The notes under the pieces were generated by a model. It had not been told where the DNA came from. It made no database searches and saw only the letters and a program-made list of their open reading frames with translations. The translations under genes were made by a program, and so were the position numbers. From a virus: DNA of 64,000 nt. The stretch lies in the IMG/VR virus record IMGVR_UViG_3300031132_000323, positions 3,113 to 67,112 of that record; one strand, 5' to 3'. Positions 9,501-16,592 of this stretch are shown one piece after another; position 1 is the first letter of the stretch; each line of letters begins with the position of its first letter.

Positions 9501-11160
9501 CCTCGAGGTCGATCTCTTGCACCTGAAGGTCGCGCTTTTTAGCGACGTAGTCGCTCTCGCTGACCAACTGCTGCTTGTGGTGACTTTCCAGATCCTCCAG
9601 CTGGCCCTTCAGGATTTCGCGCTGCTGGTCTCGCTGGTTTTCGAGTCCCTTTAGCACCGGGTTGTCGAGCGAGGAATATTCCGCGTAGATCTTCGCGACG
9701 CGGTCATTGATCGCCTTGTCAGAGACGCCGGCGGCAATGCCCTGTTCCCGAACCTTCTTTATTTCTTGGTCGCGCTTCTGGATTTTGGTCAGGTACTTGT
9801 CGCCGTCCTTGTCCCACTGGATCAGTGCATCATTGAACTGCTGCGAGATTGCCTTTTGCGCGGCATCCCACTCCTCCTTCGCCTTCTGCAGCACCAGCGC
9901 CGCACGCTTCTGCTCGAGCGCCTCCTTATCAACGGCAGGGGCCGACTGAGCGAAACCCAGGCGGGCCATGCTGGCGATCGGAGCTACCTTTTCCTTGGCG
10001 CGCGCCAGCTGCGCATCGATTTGAGCGATCTGCTCATCGATCGTCTGCGGCCTGCCGATGTTGAGGAACTGGTCCCACGCTTTCCCAGCGGCGTCGCCGA
10101 CTTTGCTCCATGCGGTCTGCACGGTGCCCAGGCTTTCCTTTACCTGCTTCATTCGGTCGGAAAGCGCCGATGCGTAAGTCTTCTGGGCAAGCGAAGCTGC
10201 TTCGTCGGACTGGCCTTGCTTGTCGAGCGCCCTGATCTGCTCGAGGACCGACGCCGTCAGGTAGTGATACTGCTCATTCAACTTGATAGTTGCGTCGACG
10301 GGAGACTTCCCCAGTTCAGCAAATTGCTTCGCCGTGTCTTCCGCGCTCTGGCCAAGCCCTCGCTGCATCTCGATGGCAGACCGGCCAAACTCCAGCAGGT
10401 TTTCGGCGGCGACCTTCCCAGTTCCGGCCAATGCTGCCAGCGCGGCTGCCGCCTGGCCCTGCGTGCCGACGGAGTCACTGATCTGCCTCGCCATTACCTG
10501 CAGTTGCCCGGCCGTCGTGCCGGCCGTGTTGCCCGACAAGATGATCGCCCGGTTGTAGGCTTCCGTTTCTTGAGATGCCTTGTGGAAGGCATAGATCAGG
10601 CCGGCGGCCGCACCAGCCGCCACCGCGAACGGATTGACCAGACCAAGCAACGTCGAGCCAACACCGCGGAGCGTTGCTGGGATGCTCCCGAACGAGTCGC
10701 GCAACTGCGAGCCTTGCTGCATCAAGATCAGCAGCGGCGACTGCCCGCCAGCCAACTGGGATGCTATATCGCCGAGCTGGGCCGGGACCATCCGCATCGC
10801 GTTGGCTACCTGGGCGGAGGATGCGCCGGTTCGCACTTGAGCTTGCTCGATCGCGCGCAGTTGGTTCAGATACGGCGCCAACGTCGCAGGATCGATGCCG
10901 CGCTGACGCGCCAGTGCCTCGTAATATGCCGCGCTTTGCCGGCCGCCCGACTCCATTGCGATTGTCGTGCGTTGGATTGCAGCCACGATGTTGCGCTGAG
11001 CCGACTCAACGTTTCGCGCGGCGCCGCCCGCACCAGCGCCAACCTGAGACACCGCCTGCCCGGCTCTCTGCGCAGCCTGGGTTGCTGTGCGCAGCCCACC
11101 CTCGACGCCACTTGCATCTGCGACGACGCGGATTGTTGCGGTATTGGTAATCTCGCTCAT
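6595..11160 (-). CDS. Tail tape measure protein (lambda gpH-like)
   Basis: 1521 aa Ala-rich helical protein; PAQLGDIASQLAGGQSPLLILMQQGSQLRDSFG motif. Confidence 0.95.
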   Translation of the reverse strand: MSEITNTATIRVVADASGVEGGLRTATQAAQRAGQAVSQVGAGAGGAARNVESAQRNIVAAIQRTTIAMESGGRQSAAYYEALARQRGIDPATLAPYLNQLRAIEQAQVRTGASSAQVANAMRMVPAQLGDIASQLAGGQSPLLILMQQGSQLRDSFGSIPATLRGVGSTLLGLVNPFAVAAGAAAGLIYAFHKASQETEAYNRAIILSGNTAGTTAGQLQVMARQISDSVGTQGQAAAALAALAGTGKVAAENLLEFGRSAIEMQRGLGQSAEDTAKQFAELGKSPVDATIKLNEQYHYLTASVLEQIRALDKQGQSDEAASLAQKTYASALSDRMKQVKESLGTVQTAWSKVGDAAGKAWDQFLNIGRPQTIDEQIAQIDAQLARAKEKVAPIASMARLGFAQSAPAVDKEALEQKRAALVLQKAKEEWDAAQKAISQQFNDALIQWDKDGDKYLTKIQKRDQEIKKVREQGIAAGVSDKAINDRVAKIYAEYSSLDNPVLKGLENQRDQQREILKGQLEDLESHHKQQLVSESDYVAKKRDLQVQEIDLEVNLLRKKAQIDAGKEDKSERDKDLSDLQVAMIKRRNIIQAADNEIAEYNSNKTKAIDNLVEGWDRAIEAQSHAVEQELAMFGQSDQARKVYAAQAQIDLDIRKQIAAQIKINQPLNEQDIATLRKRAEVSKENRAEAENELAALAAANQLRRDNLKFSAEYIADADLRARRLMEIDAEQWQYLINNTAEGSEARKKILEQFDVWMANRQMQPVLDRWKGVIDNLDNNFQEGFRDMLTSGKSAWSSFAKSIGNTLKTALADALYQTFVKRYVVQIVASLAGAISGPAVADTLSGTGVPGAAAGVPGVSSAISAAQTASSLYKAITGGFDSLSTSVADAVQAGLYKTGLSPNIASNGSFATSVGEYASSGAGALAGHYIGNAIAGDYSINHGQAVTNIASVAGAIIGGPIGGAIGGAIGGLINRAFGMGSKEIGDTGISGSITAGGLTASSYAKYHQDGGWFRSDKNGTDSKSLSADALAAISNGLSQIKAVSSSFAASIGADAGSIASYSKQFDIALGKDGKIEEGVTKLLSSVGDELATRLVPNIAQFTKSGETASSTLERLASDFTATTQMAQLLGKTAVEAFGSAGLASAATRERLVDLAGSASNLTSWASSYAQNYLTEQEKLAPVKKAVDEAMSSLGLASVTTRDEFKRVVASLDLTTEAGAKQFTSMMQLADAFAQVHAATETLTRTESDIASERAGLQDQLDQLTMTSTQLLKKQRDALAEANRPLFDMVQTAQKLADTSSSLKTFRDSVRSLSDSLSTGSLSVLTPEQQEAELKGQYEKIRAAAMGGDTTAQGKFSDALTAWLTASQKLNAGDTQYQADFARGQQDAAAAAAWATGQIDTAQAQLNSMNSQTLAMQAVNSSLTTTNKILDAIAQNTSPAPIQSGFVLSNALSILSSAVKLLKENSDKQQQEVAGLRKDQQAQTGEAIASNAEAQQQNAQTIVSGMSLLARVIASNQKVTLE

Positions 11161-11172
11161 TCAGTCGCCCAT

Positions 11173-11226
11173 AAAAAAGACCGCCTCAAGGGCGGCCTGC
11201 AAACAAAAAAGCCAGCTTTCGCTGGC
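11173..11226 (-). terminator. Tandem terminator hairpins ending the moron upstream of the TMP
   Basis: Two hairpins (GGCCAGC/GCTGGC and GGCCGCC/GGCGGTC), each followed by a T-tract on the minus strand. Confidence 0.7.
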
Positions 11227-11235
11227 CTGGTTTTC

Positions 11236-11643
11236 TTATCGCTGTCCCATCCTGACCCACTTCCTGCGGTCACACTCGGGAGGCATATCCTTGTCGCTCT
11301 GTTTTGCCTTTAGCAAGGCCGTAGAACAGTTCAGAGCATCAAGATAGTATGCGCCGTCAGAGAATGTTGTCTTCGGTAAAGGGCATTTATTTGCCGCCAT
11401 CAGAGTGAGGTGCATCTGCATCAAATTGGTTACTACAACCTTCTGTAATTGCCTATTAGTTTCCCTCGCAGCACTGTTGTCTGTAACGCCGTCAACGCGG
11501 ATAAATGTCAGCTCCATTACGCCGTCTTCGACTGCAGCGCCGAGCTGCTCGCAAGTGCCTGACTGGGTCGGCGGCTTATTATCCGCGGCCTGAGCAAACC
11601 CGCAGGCCGCGACCAGCAGCGCTCCAAATATCGCTCGCTTCAT
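11236..11643 (-). CDS. Secreted/periplasmic Cys-containing moron protein
   Basis: RBS AGGAGG, start 11643, signal peptide MKRAIFGALLVAACGFAQA, lower GC. Confidence 0.75.
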   Translation of the reverse strand: MKRAIFGALLVAACGFAQAADNKPPTQSGTCEQLGAAVEDGVMELTFIRVDGVTDNSAARETNRQLQKVVVTNLMQMHLTLMAANKCPLPKTTFSDGAYYLDALNCSTALLKAKQSDKDMPPECDRRKWVRMGQR

Positions 11644-11669
11644 TGCACCCCTCCTGTTGTGATGAGTGC

Positions 11670-11697
11670 AATATAGTACACCAGTGAAAAAGTGCAA
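11670..11697 (-). promoter_or_regulatory. Sigma70 promoter of the moron
   Basis: TTGCAC-16 bp-TATATT on the minus strand just upstream of the RBS. Confidence 0.6.
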
Positions 11698-11700
11698 CAC

Positions 11701-11810
11701 GAAAAGCCCCGTGAGGGGCTTCCCGCTTACTACCCATGCCTCGCCGTGGCCCAGCGGAGCCAGACAAGCCTTGCCGAATCGCATCACACCTTATCCTGCC
11801 GCGAGCCGAA
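11701..11810 (-). ncRNA. Putative small RNA with 14 in-phase G-N-Y-N-N pentamers (guide-RNA-like)
   Basis: 11800->11731 reads GGCag GATaa GGTgt GATgc GATtc GGCaa GGCtt GTCtg GCTcc GCTgg GCCac GGCga GGCat GGGta; AT-rich upstream region, terminator downstream. Confidence 0.6.
11702..11722 (-). terminator. Intrinsic terminator closing the pentamer-array RNA
   Basis: GAAGCCCC-TCAC-GGGGCTTTTC. Confidence 0.75.
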
Positions 11811-11875
11811 CAAAGAATTTACGACAACTAATCCTATCAATTACACGCCGGGATTGCCACCGTTGCAAATTGCGA

Positions 11876-12322
11876 TCAATGGAGTAGCGCCCCGTCTGGC
11901 GGCGCACTCGGGGAATGCCATGGCTTCCCTGCTGCATCCCAAAAATCCTTTATCTCCTCCAGGGTGGGCTCATTATTCTGCTCTGCCCGTTCCCGAGCGG
12001 CCACCATGACCCGAGCCATCAACTCTTCATGCTCGCCGCCCTCCAGGCCGGCCGACTCGCATACATAGGCCAATTTACCAGCCTGCATGTTATGAAACCT
12101 TCCTGCCATCAAAACATGATCTTCGGTCAGTACTCGCAATTGGCGCAACTGCGGGTCTGAGTCTTCTCCATGTTCAAGGATATGAAGCTGTGTGTAGTAA
12201 CCAACCATCAAAGAAAGCAAGGCTTCGTACCACAGCATTAGTGCAGCCAGCTCAACAGCCTCGTTGAACACACTGTCGGCAGCATGCGCTACGACTTGGC
12301 TTGGTTGCGCGGTAGTCGTCAT
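11876..12322 (-). CDS. Hypothetical helical protein, last gene of the antirepressor operon
   Basis: 148-aa ORF coupled to the upstream stop (ATGA overlap). Confidence 0.65.
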   Translation of the reverse strand: MTTTAQPSQVVAHAADSVFNEAVELAALMLWYEALLSLMVGYYTQLHILEHGEDSDPQLRQLRVLTEDHVLMAGRFHNMQAGKLAYVCESAGLEGGEHEELMARVMVAARERAEQNNEPTLEEIKDFWDAAGKPWHSPSAPPDGALLH

Positions 12323-13176
12323 GCCGGCGCCCTTTCCTGGCCGCCCATTCCAAGCAGCTGGCCTTGATTCGAAGGCGCCGGCTCCGCATGCTCGTTGGAG
12401 ATAAGCGCAACCACTGATTCATACCAGTTGATCTGATCGCCGACATGGTGGTTGTCCGCCTGGAATGGGCGCGCTTCGCCGTATTTCGTGCCAGCCTCCG
12501 TAAGAACGTAGCCGTTTTCGACCTTCCTTTGCAATCCAAGCCCGATGAGCGCTTTGTTGACTTTCACCGGCGACATCTTGGGCGTGAGCCGCTTTCCGAT
12601 CTCGGTGGGATTGAGCTTCACCGCCTTTTCGATAGACTCAGCCGGCAGTGCGCCCTGGAATTGCGTTACTGGCAGCCCCGTACGTTCTTCGATCATCCGC
12701 AGCTTGATCACTGCAACCACATCCGGCCGAGCGCCAGGCACCTTGGCGATCATATTCCCGATGAGGTCGATCGCGCGTACGTCAGTCAGTAGACTTGGCG
12801 CGGCGCGGCGAGCCGGCTTGGTAATGACCGGCGGCTGGCTGAAGTAAGATCTCACCAACTGCCGCTGTACGTCCCAGGCCAGGTCGTCGGTGAAGCTCTT
12901 CACCAGCATCGAGTAGCCGGTTTGGGTCAAGAGGATCACATCTTCATGCGCCTTGCTCGATATCGCGCAAATTTTGTGCGTACGAATTTCGTTCGCACTG
13001 ACCCTGCTGAAATCCTCACCCTCAGCCAGCCGATCTTTGTGCTCGTTGAAGTTGCGACGGGCCGTGCCTTCGGGGCGCTTGTGAACCTCATCCATCATGG
13101 CCAGCGTCATCACCCGCTGACCGCGGTATTCGACTGGCGCCAGTTCGACGTCACCAATTACGATAAGGTTGCTCAT
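12319..13176 (-). CDS. Phage antirepressor, ORF6N domain
   Basis: VEYRGQRVMTLAMMDEVH.RPEGTARRNF...LLTQTGYSMLVKSFTDDLAWDVQRQLV signature. Confidence 0.88.
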   Translation of the reverse strand: MSNLIVIGDVELAPVEYRGQRVMTLAMMDEVHKRPEGTARRNFNEHKDRLAEGEDFSRVSANEIRTHKICAISSKAHEDVILLTQTGYSMLVKSFTDDLAWDVQRQLVRSYFSQPPVITKPARRAAPSLLTDVRAIDLIGNMIAKVPGARPDVVAVIKLRMIEERTGLPVTQFQGALPAESIEKAVKLNPTEIGKRLTPKMSPVKVNKALIGLGLQRKVENGYVLTEAGTKYGEARPFQADNHHVGDQINWYESVVALISNEHAEPAPSNQGQLLGMGGQERAPA

Positions 13177-13364
13177 GCTTGGCCTCCCGCCACCACGCGC
13201 AGCTTCGGGCGCTGCCGCGGGAACACCCGGGCATTGTTGGCTGCGAAGTCCAGCAGGAACTGCTGGGCCATGTTGTTCATCTTGCCGAAGTTACTCAGCA
13301 GTTGACGCTGTTGCGGGGTCAGGCCATCGCCGCCCGAATCGCCGTTGTTGGTCGACCGGATCAT
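13173..13364 (-). CDS. 63-aa protein, paralog of 13361-13570 and 45547-45783
   Basis: LTPQQRQLLSNF..M...AQ...P..LRVV motif; ATGA overlaps on both sides. Confidence 0.7.
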   Translation of the reverse strand: MIRSTNNGDSGGDGLTPQQRQLLSNFGKMNNMAQQFLLDFAANNARVFPRQRPKLRVVAGGQA

Positions 13365-13570
13365 GCTGCACCTCCCACGACGAGGCGCAGATGCGGGCGC
13401 GGCTGCTGCGCCTGCCGGGGATTGTCCTCCGCGATCGCTGCAAGCGTACGCAAGCACCAACGCTGAGCCTCGTCAGTCATCGCGGCGAGGTTGGCCAGTG
13501 CCTGGCTTTGCTGCGGCGTCAGGCGCACAGCTTTTGGTTGCTTCTTTGCTCCAGTTGAAGTAGCATTCAT
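13361..13570 (-). CDS. 69-aa protein, paralog of 13173-13364
   Basis: LTPQQSQALANL..M...AQ...PRQ..P.LRLV motif. Confidence 0.7.
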   Translation of the reverse strand: MNATSTGAKKQPKAVRLTPQQSQALANLAAMTDEAQRWCLRTLAAIAEDNPRQAQQPRPHLRLVVGGAA

Positions 13571-13643
13571 CTCGATTCCAGTTCCAAGTGGTTTCACTAA
13601 AGCCCCGAGCCCATCCGCCAAGATCGCTCGGGGTTTTCTTTTC

Positions 13644-13811
13644 TTACGCCGGCACTGCATTTTGCGCAGGCCGCTTCAGACTCTCCTTCAGCCGCTGGAT
13701 GATCTCTCCATGCAGCGTCCTTCCATTTTGATCCGCCTCGCGGCTCAGCTCGCTCCGCATTTCCGGCTCCATCCTTAAGGGATACGGAGCCTTTTGCTTG
13801 TGCCTGTCCAA
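13644..13811 (-). CDS. Arc-family ribbon-helix-helix repressor (55 aa, missing from the ORF track)
   Basis: GGAGG RBS plus TTG start; MDRHKQKAPYPLRMEPEMRSELSREADQNGRTLHGEIIQRLKESL. Confidence 0.85.
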   Translation of the reverse strand: MDRHKQKAPYPLRMEPEMRSELSREADQNGRTLHGEIIQRLKESLKRPAQNAVPA

Positions 13812-13843
13812 AGTTTCCTCCCATCCGTTGTTCGTAGGATCAT

Positions 13844-13898
13844 ATTAGAATCTAATAGATTCAGAGTCAAGTGGATTCTTTGATTCTTTTTGATTCTG
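13844..13898. promoter_or_regulatory. Divergent promoter/operator region between the two Arc/Mnt-like genes
   Basis: Palindrome GAATCTA-A-TAGATTC plus three further GATTCT direct repeats; AT-rich. Confidence 0.65.
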
Positions 13899-13914
13899 CC
13901 GTGATAATTAATCA

Positions 13915-14241
13915 ATGGAAGATCGTCATCAAATTACACCCTACCCGCTGCGGATGTCAGCCGAGCTCCGCAAGCGCCTTGAAGACGAGGCGCGCGGAGT
14001 TGGCCGCTCCTTAAATGCCGAGATCATCGCGCGCCTTGAGGCGTCTTTCAGCGAAGAGGCCGGCCTGAGCGACGTCGACAAGAAGTTTTTGCTCCTACTA
14101 GTCAAGGAGCTGAAGGCGAAGAATCAGATGGATCTCTTCCCTGGCGAGGGCGGCGAAGCGGCGCAACAAGATCCTACTGCCGAGGTCCCAAAGCCCCGCC
14201 GCATCGTGCGCCCCGCATCAAAGAAGGCCACAGAGAAGTAG
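13915..14241 (+). CDS. Arc/Mnt-family DNA-binding protein
   Basis: PYPLRMSAELRKRLEDEARGVGRSLNAEIIARLEASF. Confidence 0.9.
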   Translation: MEDRHQITPYPLRMSAELRKRLEDEARGVGRSLNAEIIARLEASFSEEAGLSDVDKKFLLLLVKELKAKNQMDLFPGEGGEAAQQDPTAEVPKPRRIVRPASKKATEK

Positions 14242-14360
14242 CCCCGCCAGTGGGGTGTATCTACTGCACCCCAAATCCTCATCCCGCGTCTTCGTCAGCC
14301 CTTCCTGCACGTCCTAAGTAGCACTGCCAGCAATTCTTATGCTTGTAGTGTTTCTTACGC

Positions 14361-14416
14361 TTGCTATCTCCGGCAGACCTGCCTATACTCCAACATGTAC
14401 GATTTATAGTACATGT
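14361..14416 (+). promoter_or_regulatory. Toxin-antitoxin promoter with operator palindrome
   Basis: TTGCTA-17 bp-TATACT followed by ACATGTAC-N8-GTACATGT (TGTAC core as in yefM-yoeB operators). Confidence 0.8.
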
Positions 14417-14419
14417 CAC

Positions 14420-14527
14420 ACCAGCCATACTGCTACCACGACACTTAATACGACACTGACGCTTAAAACTACGACGACGACCATACTGACGACTACGAAT
14501 ACTACGACGACTAATACGACGACCAAG
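14420..14527 (+). repeat. AC-rich, 3-nt-periodic (ACN) low-complexity tract in the TA leader
   Basis: act acg acg acg acc ata ctg acg act acg aat act acg acg act aat acg acg acc. Confidence 0.85.
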
Positions 14528-14550
14528 CGGTATGAAGGTAAGGAGTACAC

Positions 14551-14850
14551 ATGAGAATCATCAACTTTTCCGATGCCCGCAGCAGTCTTAAGACTGTTAT
14601 GGACCAGGTGGTTGAAGATGCAGACGTAACCGTAATCGCGCGCCGTGACGCGCCGGATGCGGTTGTGATGTCCTTCGACCACTACAGCAGCCTCATGGAG
14701 ACTGTTCACCTGTTGAGTTCGCCTGCAAATGCGGCTCACCTTGCGAAGTCACTTGCTCAGGCACGCGCAGGCCAGGCGCAGCATCGGGGATTAATTGAAA
14801 CCCCTGAAGCCGAGGATCAGCAGCATGCTCAACTTGAAGTTCACCCCTGA
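14551..14850 (+). CDS. yefM: YefM/Phd family antitoxin
   Basis: INFSDARSSLKTVMDQVVED...VVMSFDHYSSLMETVHLLSSPANAAHL. Confidence 0.93.
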   Translation: MRIINFSDARSSLKTVMDQVVEDADVTVIARRDAPDAVVMSFDHYSSLMETVHLLSSPANAAHLAKSLAQARAGQAQHRGLIETPEAEDQQHAQLEVHP

Positions 14851-15082
14851 GTCCTGGGAAAGCTACACATACTGGCAAACGCAAGACCGAAAGACCCTCA
14901 AGCGCATCAATGATCTGATCAAAGATGCACAGAGAAACCCGTTCACAGGGATTGGCAAGCCGGAGGCCTTGAAGCATAGCCTCTCGGGATGTTGGTCAAG
15001 ACGCATCGACGAGACAAATCGTCTTGTCTACACGATCATTGATGAGGAACTGGTCATCATTTCGTGTCGCTATCACTACTGA
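14825..15082 (+). CDS. yoeB: YoeB/Txe family mRNA interferase toxin
   Basis: WESYTYWQTQDRKTLKRINDLI...PFTGIGKPEALKHSLSGCWSRRIDETNRLVY...SCRYHY. Confidence 0.95.
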   Translation: MLNLKFTPESWESYTYWQTQDRKTLKRINDLIKDAQRNPFTGIGKPEALKHSLSGCWSRRIDETNRLVYTIIDEELVIISCRYHY

Positions 15083-15088
15083 TAGTCC

Positions 15089-15115
15089 AAGGGAGCAGCG
15101 ATGCTCCCTTTTTTA
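15089..15115 (+). terminator. Terminator of the TA operon
   Basis: AAGGGAGCA-GCGA-TGCTCCCTT followed by T-tract. Confidence 0.85.
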
Positions 15116-15123
15116 TTGCCGCA

Positions 15124-15417
15124 TTACTCTCGTTCCGACATCGTCCGCAGGGCTTCATGCTCCATAGCCCGAATGTCATCTTCCATGTCATCCGCCTGCT
15201 CGCCGACGAGTCCAAGGCGCTCAATCTTTGCAAACAGCACCAGGTAATTTAGCCCGACCGGTCCACCCATCCCCACATTCCACTGGGTCTGCAGGTCAGA
15301 GAACAGCTTGTATGTCAGCAGGTTTTCTGGCCATACCTCGGTCGCATCGCCCGCGAAATCCTCCAGCGTCAGCCCGGCGGCGGCGAGCGATTGCTCAGTC
15401 GGCGCCGGCGCGTACAT
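15124..15417 (-). CDS. Tail assembly chaperone, gpT-like frameshift extension (DUF1799-like)
   Basis: VWPEN...F..LQTQW.VGMGGPVGLNY motif; in the -1 frame of the upstream chaperone. Confidence 0.85.
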   Translation of the reverse strand: MYAPAPTEQSLAAAGLTLEDFAGDATEVWPENLLTYKLFSDLQTQWNVGMGGPVGLNYLVLFAKIERLGLVGEQADDMEDDIRAMEHEALRTMSERE

Positions 15418-15434
15418 CGCGCGGGCGATCTCGA

Positions 15435-15860
15435 TCAGTTTCCCAGGCGGCCTTGGTTGATGGCGGAGCGGTAGCCCTCAACCAGAGCCGGGATTGCTGC
15501 CGGCACTTCGTCGACCAGTTGCTCGACGGCGGAGCGCTCGAACTTGACGTCGAGACCCCAGCCGATCACCGCTTTCATGATGTAGTCGACCTGGAGCGAC
15601 ATTTCGCGGTCGGTGATTTCGACCTGCTTCATCGGCTCGATCAGCTCCTTCCTCTCGAGCTTGGCCTTGACCACCTCGATGTCGGCTTCCTCAGCCGCCT
15701 TCGCCACTGACTGGACCTCGTCGGTCATTTCAGCCAGTTCCTTCCGGGTGCGGTAGGCATAGCTGACCGGGATGCAGCCTACGCTGCCGTCCAGCATAGG
15801 GAACTCGACGGTTTTGTCGAACGATTTCGGGCGCTCGCCCAGCTTGATTTTGGTTGCCAT
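15435..15860 (-). CDS. Tail assembly chaperone (gpG-like)
   Basis: Between major tail protein and TMP; ends GRLGN at the slippery site. Confidence 0.88.
   Translation of the reverse strand: MATKIKLGERPKSFDKTVEFPMLDGSVGCIPVSYAYRTRKELAEMTDEVQSVAKAAEEADIEVVKAKLERKELIEPMKQVEITDREMSLQVDYIMKAVIGWGLDVKFERSAVEQLVDEVPAAIPALVEGYRSAINQGRLGN
15438..15444 (-). other. Programmed -1 ribosomal frameshift site (G GGA AAC)
   Basis: X XXY YYZ heptamer just before the gpG stop; the -1 frame reads GKLIEIARAMYAP into the next ORF. Confidence 0.88.
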
Positions 15861-15950
15861 GATGTTGTCTTTCAGGAGATAAAAAGACCCGCGTGGGAGC
15901 TACCCAGCGGGCGGAAAGGCTGGCACCGATCGGCGCCAGCTGGCAAAACA

Positions 15951-16592
15951 TTACGACGCGTAGCGAACGACGCGACCCTGCAGCGCCAGGCCGCACTTGA
16001 CGGTCATGGCGCCCTGGCCCATCTGCGGATTCGGGTTGAAGCCGACGAAGCCGTTGTAGAACAGCGGCGCGCCGGACGGCAGGATGGCGCGCACAGCGGT
16101 GACGGCTTGCGCATCGGTAGCGGTTTGCAGCACGGCGTTGTGCGGCAGCGACGGGTCGTCGGCGATCGTCATGGTCACCGAAGTGGCCGAGAAGCCGGCG
16201 GGCAACTGGATTTCGTCCGGGTAGTCGATGAATTCCTCGGTCTCGTACTTCGGATCGCCGCCGGACACTTCGAAGTTCTTCATGAACGGGATGGGCGTCC
16301 AGGTCGAGATCTTGCGCAACGAGCCGGCGCCACCGCCGGCAGCGAAGACCTTGGTCGAGGTGGTGTCGAAGCCTTCCAGGGTCACGCTCGTGCTGCTTGC
16401 CGCCTTCACGCGGAACACGCGCAGGTTGGCGCGCGGCCAGCCGCTGGTGAACTCGACGATGTCTCCGGCTTGGTACGTGTTGGTTGCGGTCGTCAGCACG
16501 CATTCAGCTGCGTTGCTGGCAGCCGAGACAGCGATCGAAGCCAGGTAGGCGGAGGCAACGGCATAGGTCGTGCCCTTCGGGAGTTGGATCAA
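15951..16592 (-). CDS. Major tail tube protein
   Basis: QLPKGT...GWPRANLRVFRV...LEGFDT...GGGAGS motif; position. Confidence 0.9.
   Translation of the reverse strand: MIQLPKGTTYAVASAYLASIAVSAASNAAECVLTTATNTYQAGDIVEFTSGWPRANLRVFRVKAASSTSVTLEGFDTTSTKVFAAGGGAGSLRKISTWTPIPFMKNFEVSGGDPKYETEEFIDYPDEIQLPAGFSATSVTMTIADDPSLPHNAVLQTATDAQAVTAVRAILPSGAPLFYNGFVGFNPNPQMGQGAMTVKCGLALQGRVVRYAS

Noticed and set aside
5480-11313. Long plus-strand ORFs opposite tail genes (378, 400, 515 aa) and similar ones opposite terL and the depolymerase
   Set aside because: Shadow ORFs of high-GC coding sequence with no recognisable motifs
13597-13824. 75-aa ORF from the track
   Set aside because: Wrong frame; the overlapping TTG-start frame 13644-13811 encodes a clear Arc protein with an RBS
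14339-14554. 71-aa Thr-rich ORF as a normal CDS or thrL-type attenuator
   Set aside because: Its ATG is upstream of the promoter and no attenuator hairpin or terminator follows; kept only as a leader hypothesis
14416-14739. Antisense poly-Val ORF as a type I toxin
   Set aside because: Hydrophobicity is a by-product of the ACN tract; no RBS or promoter evident
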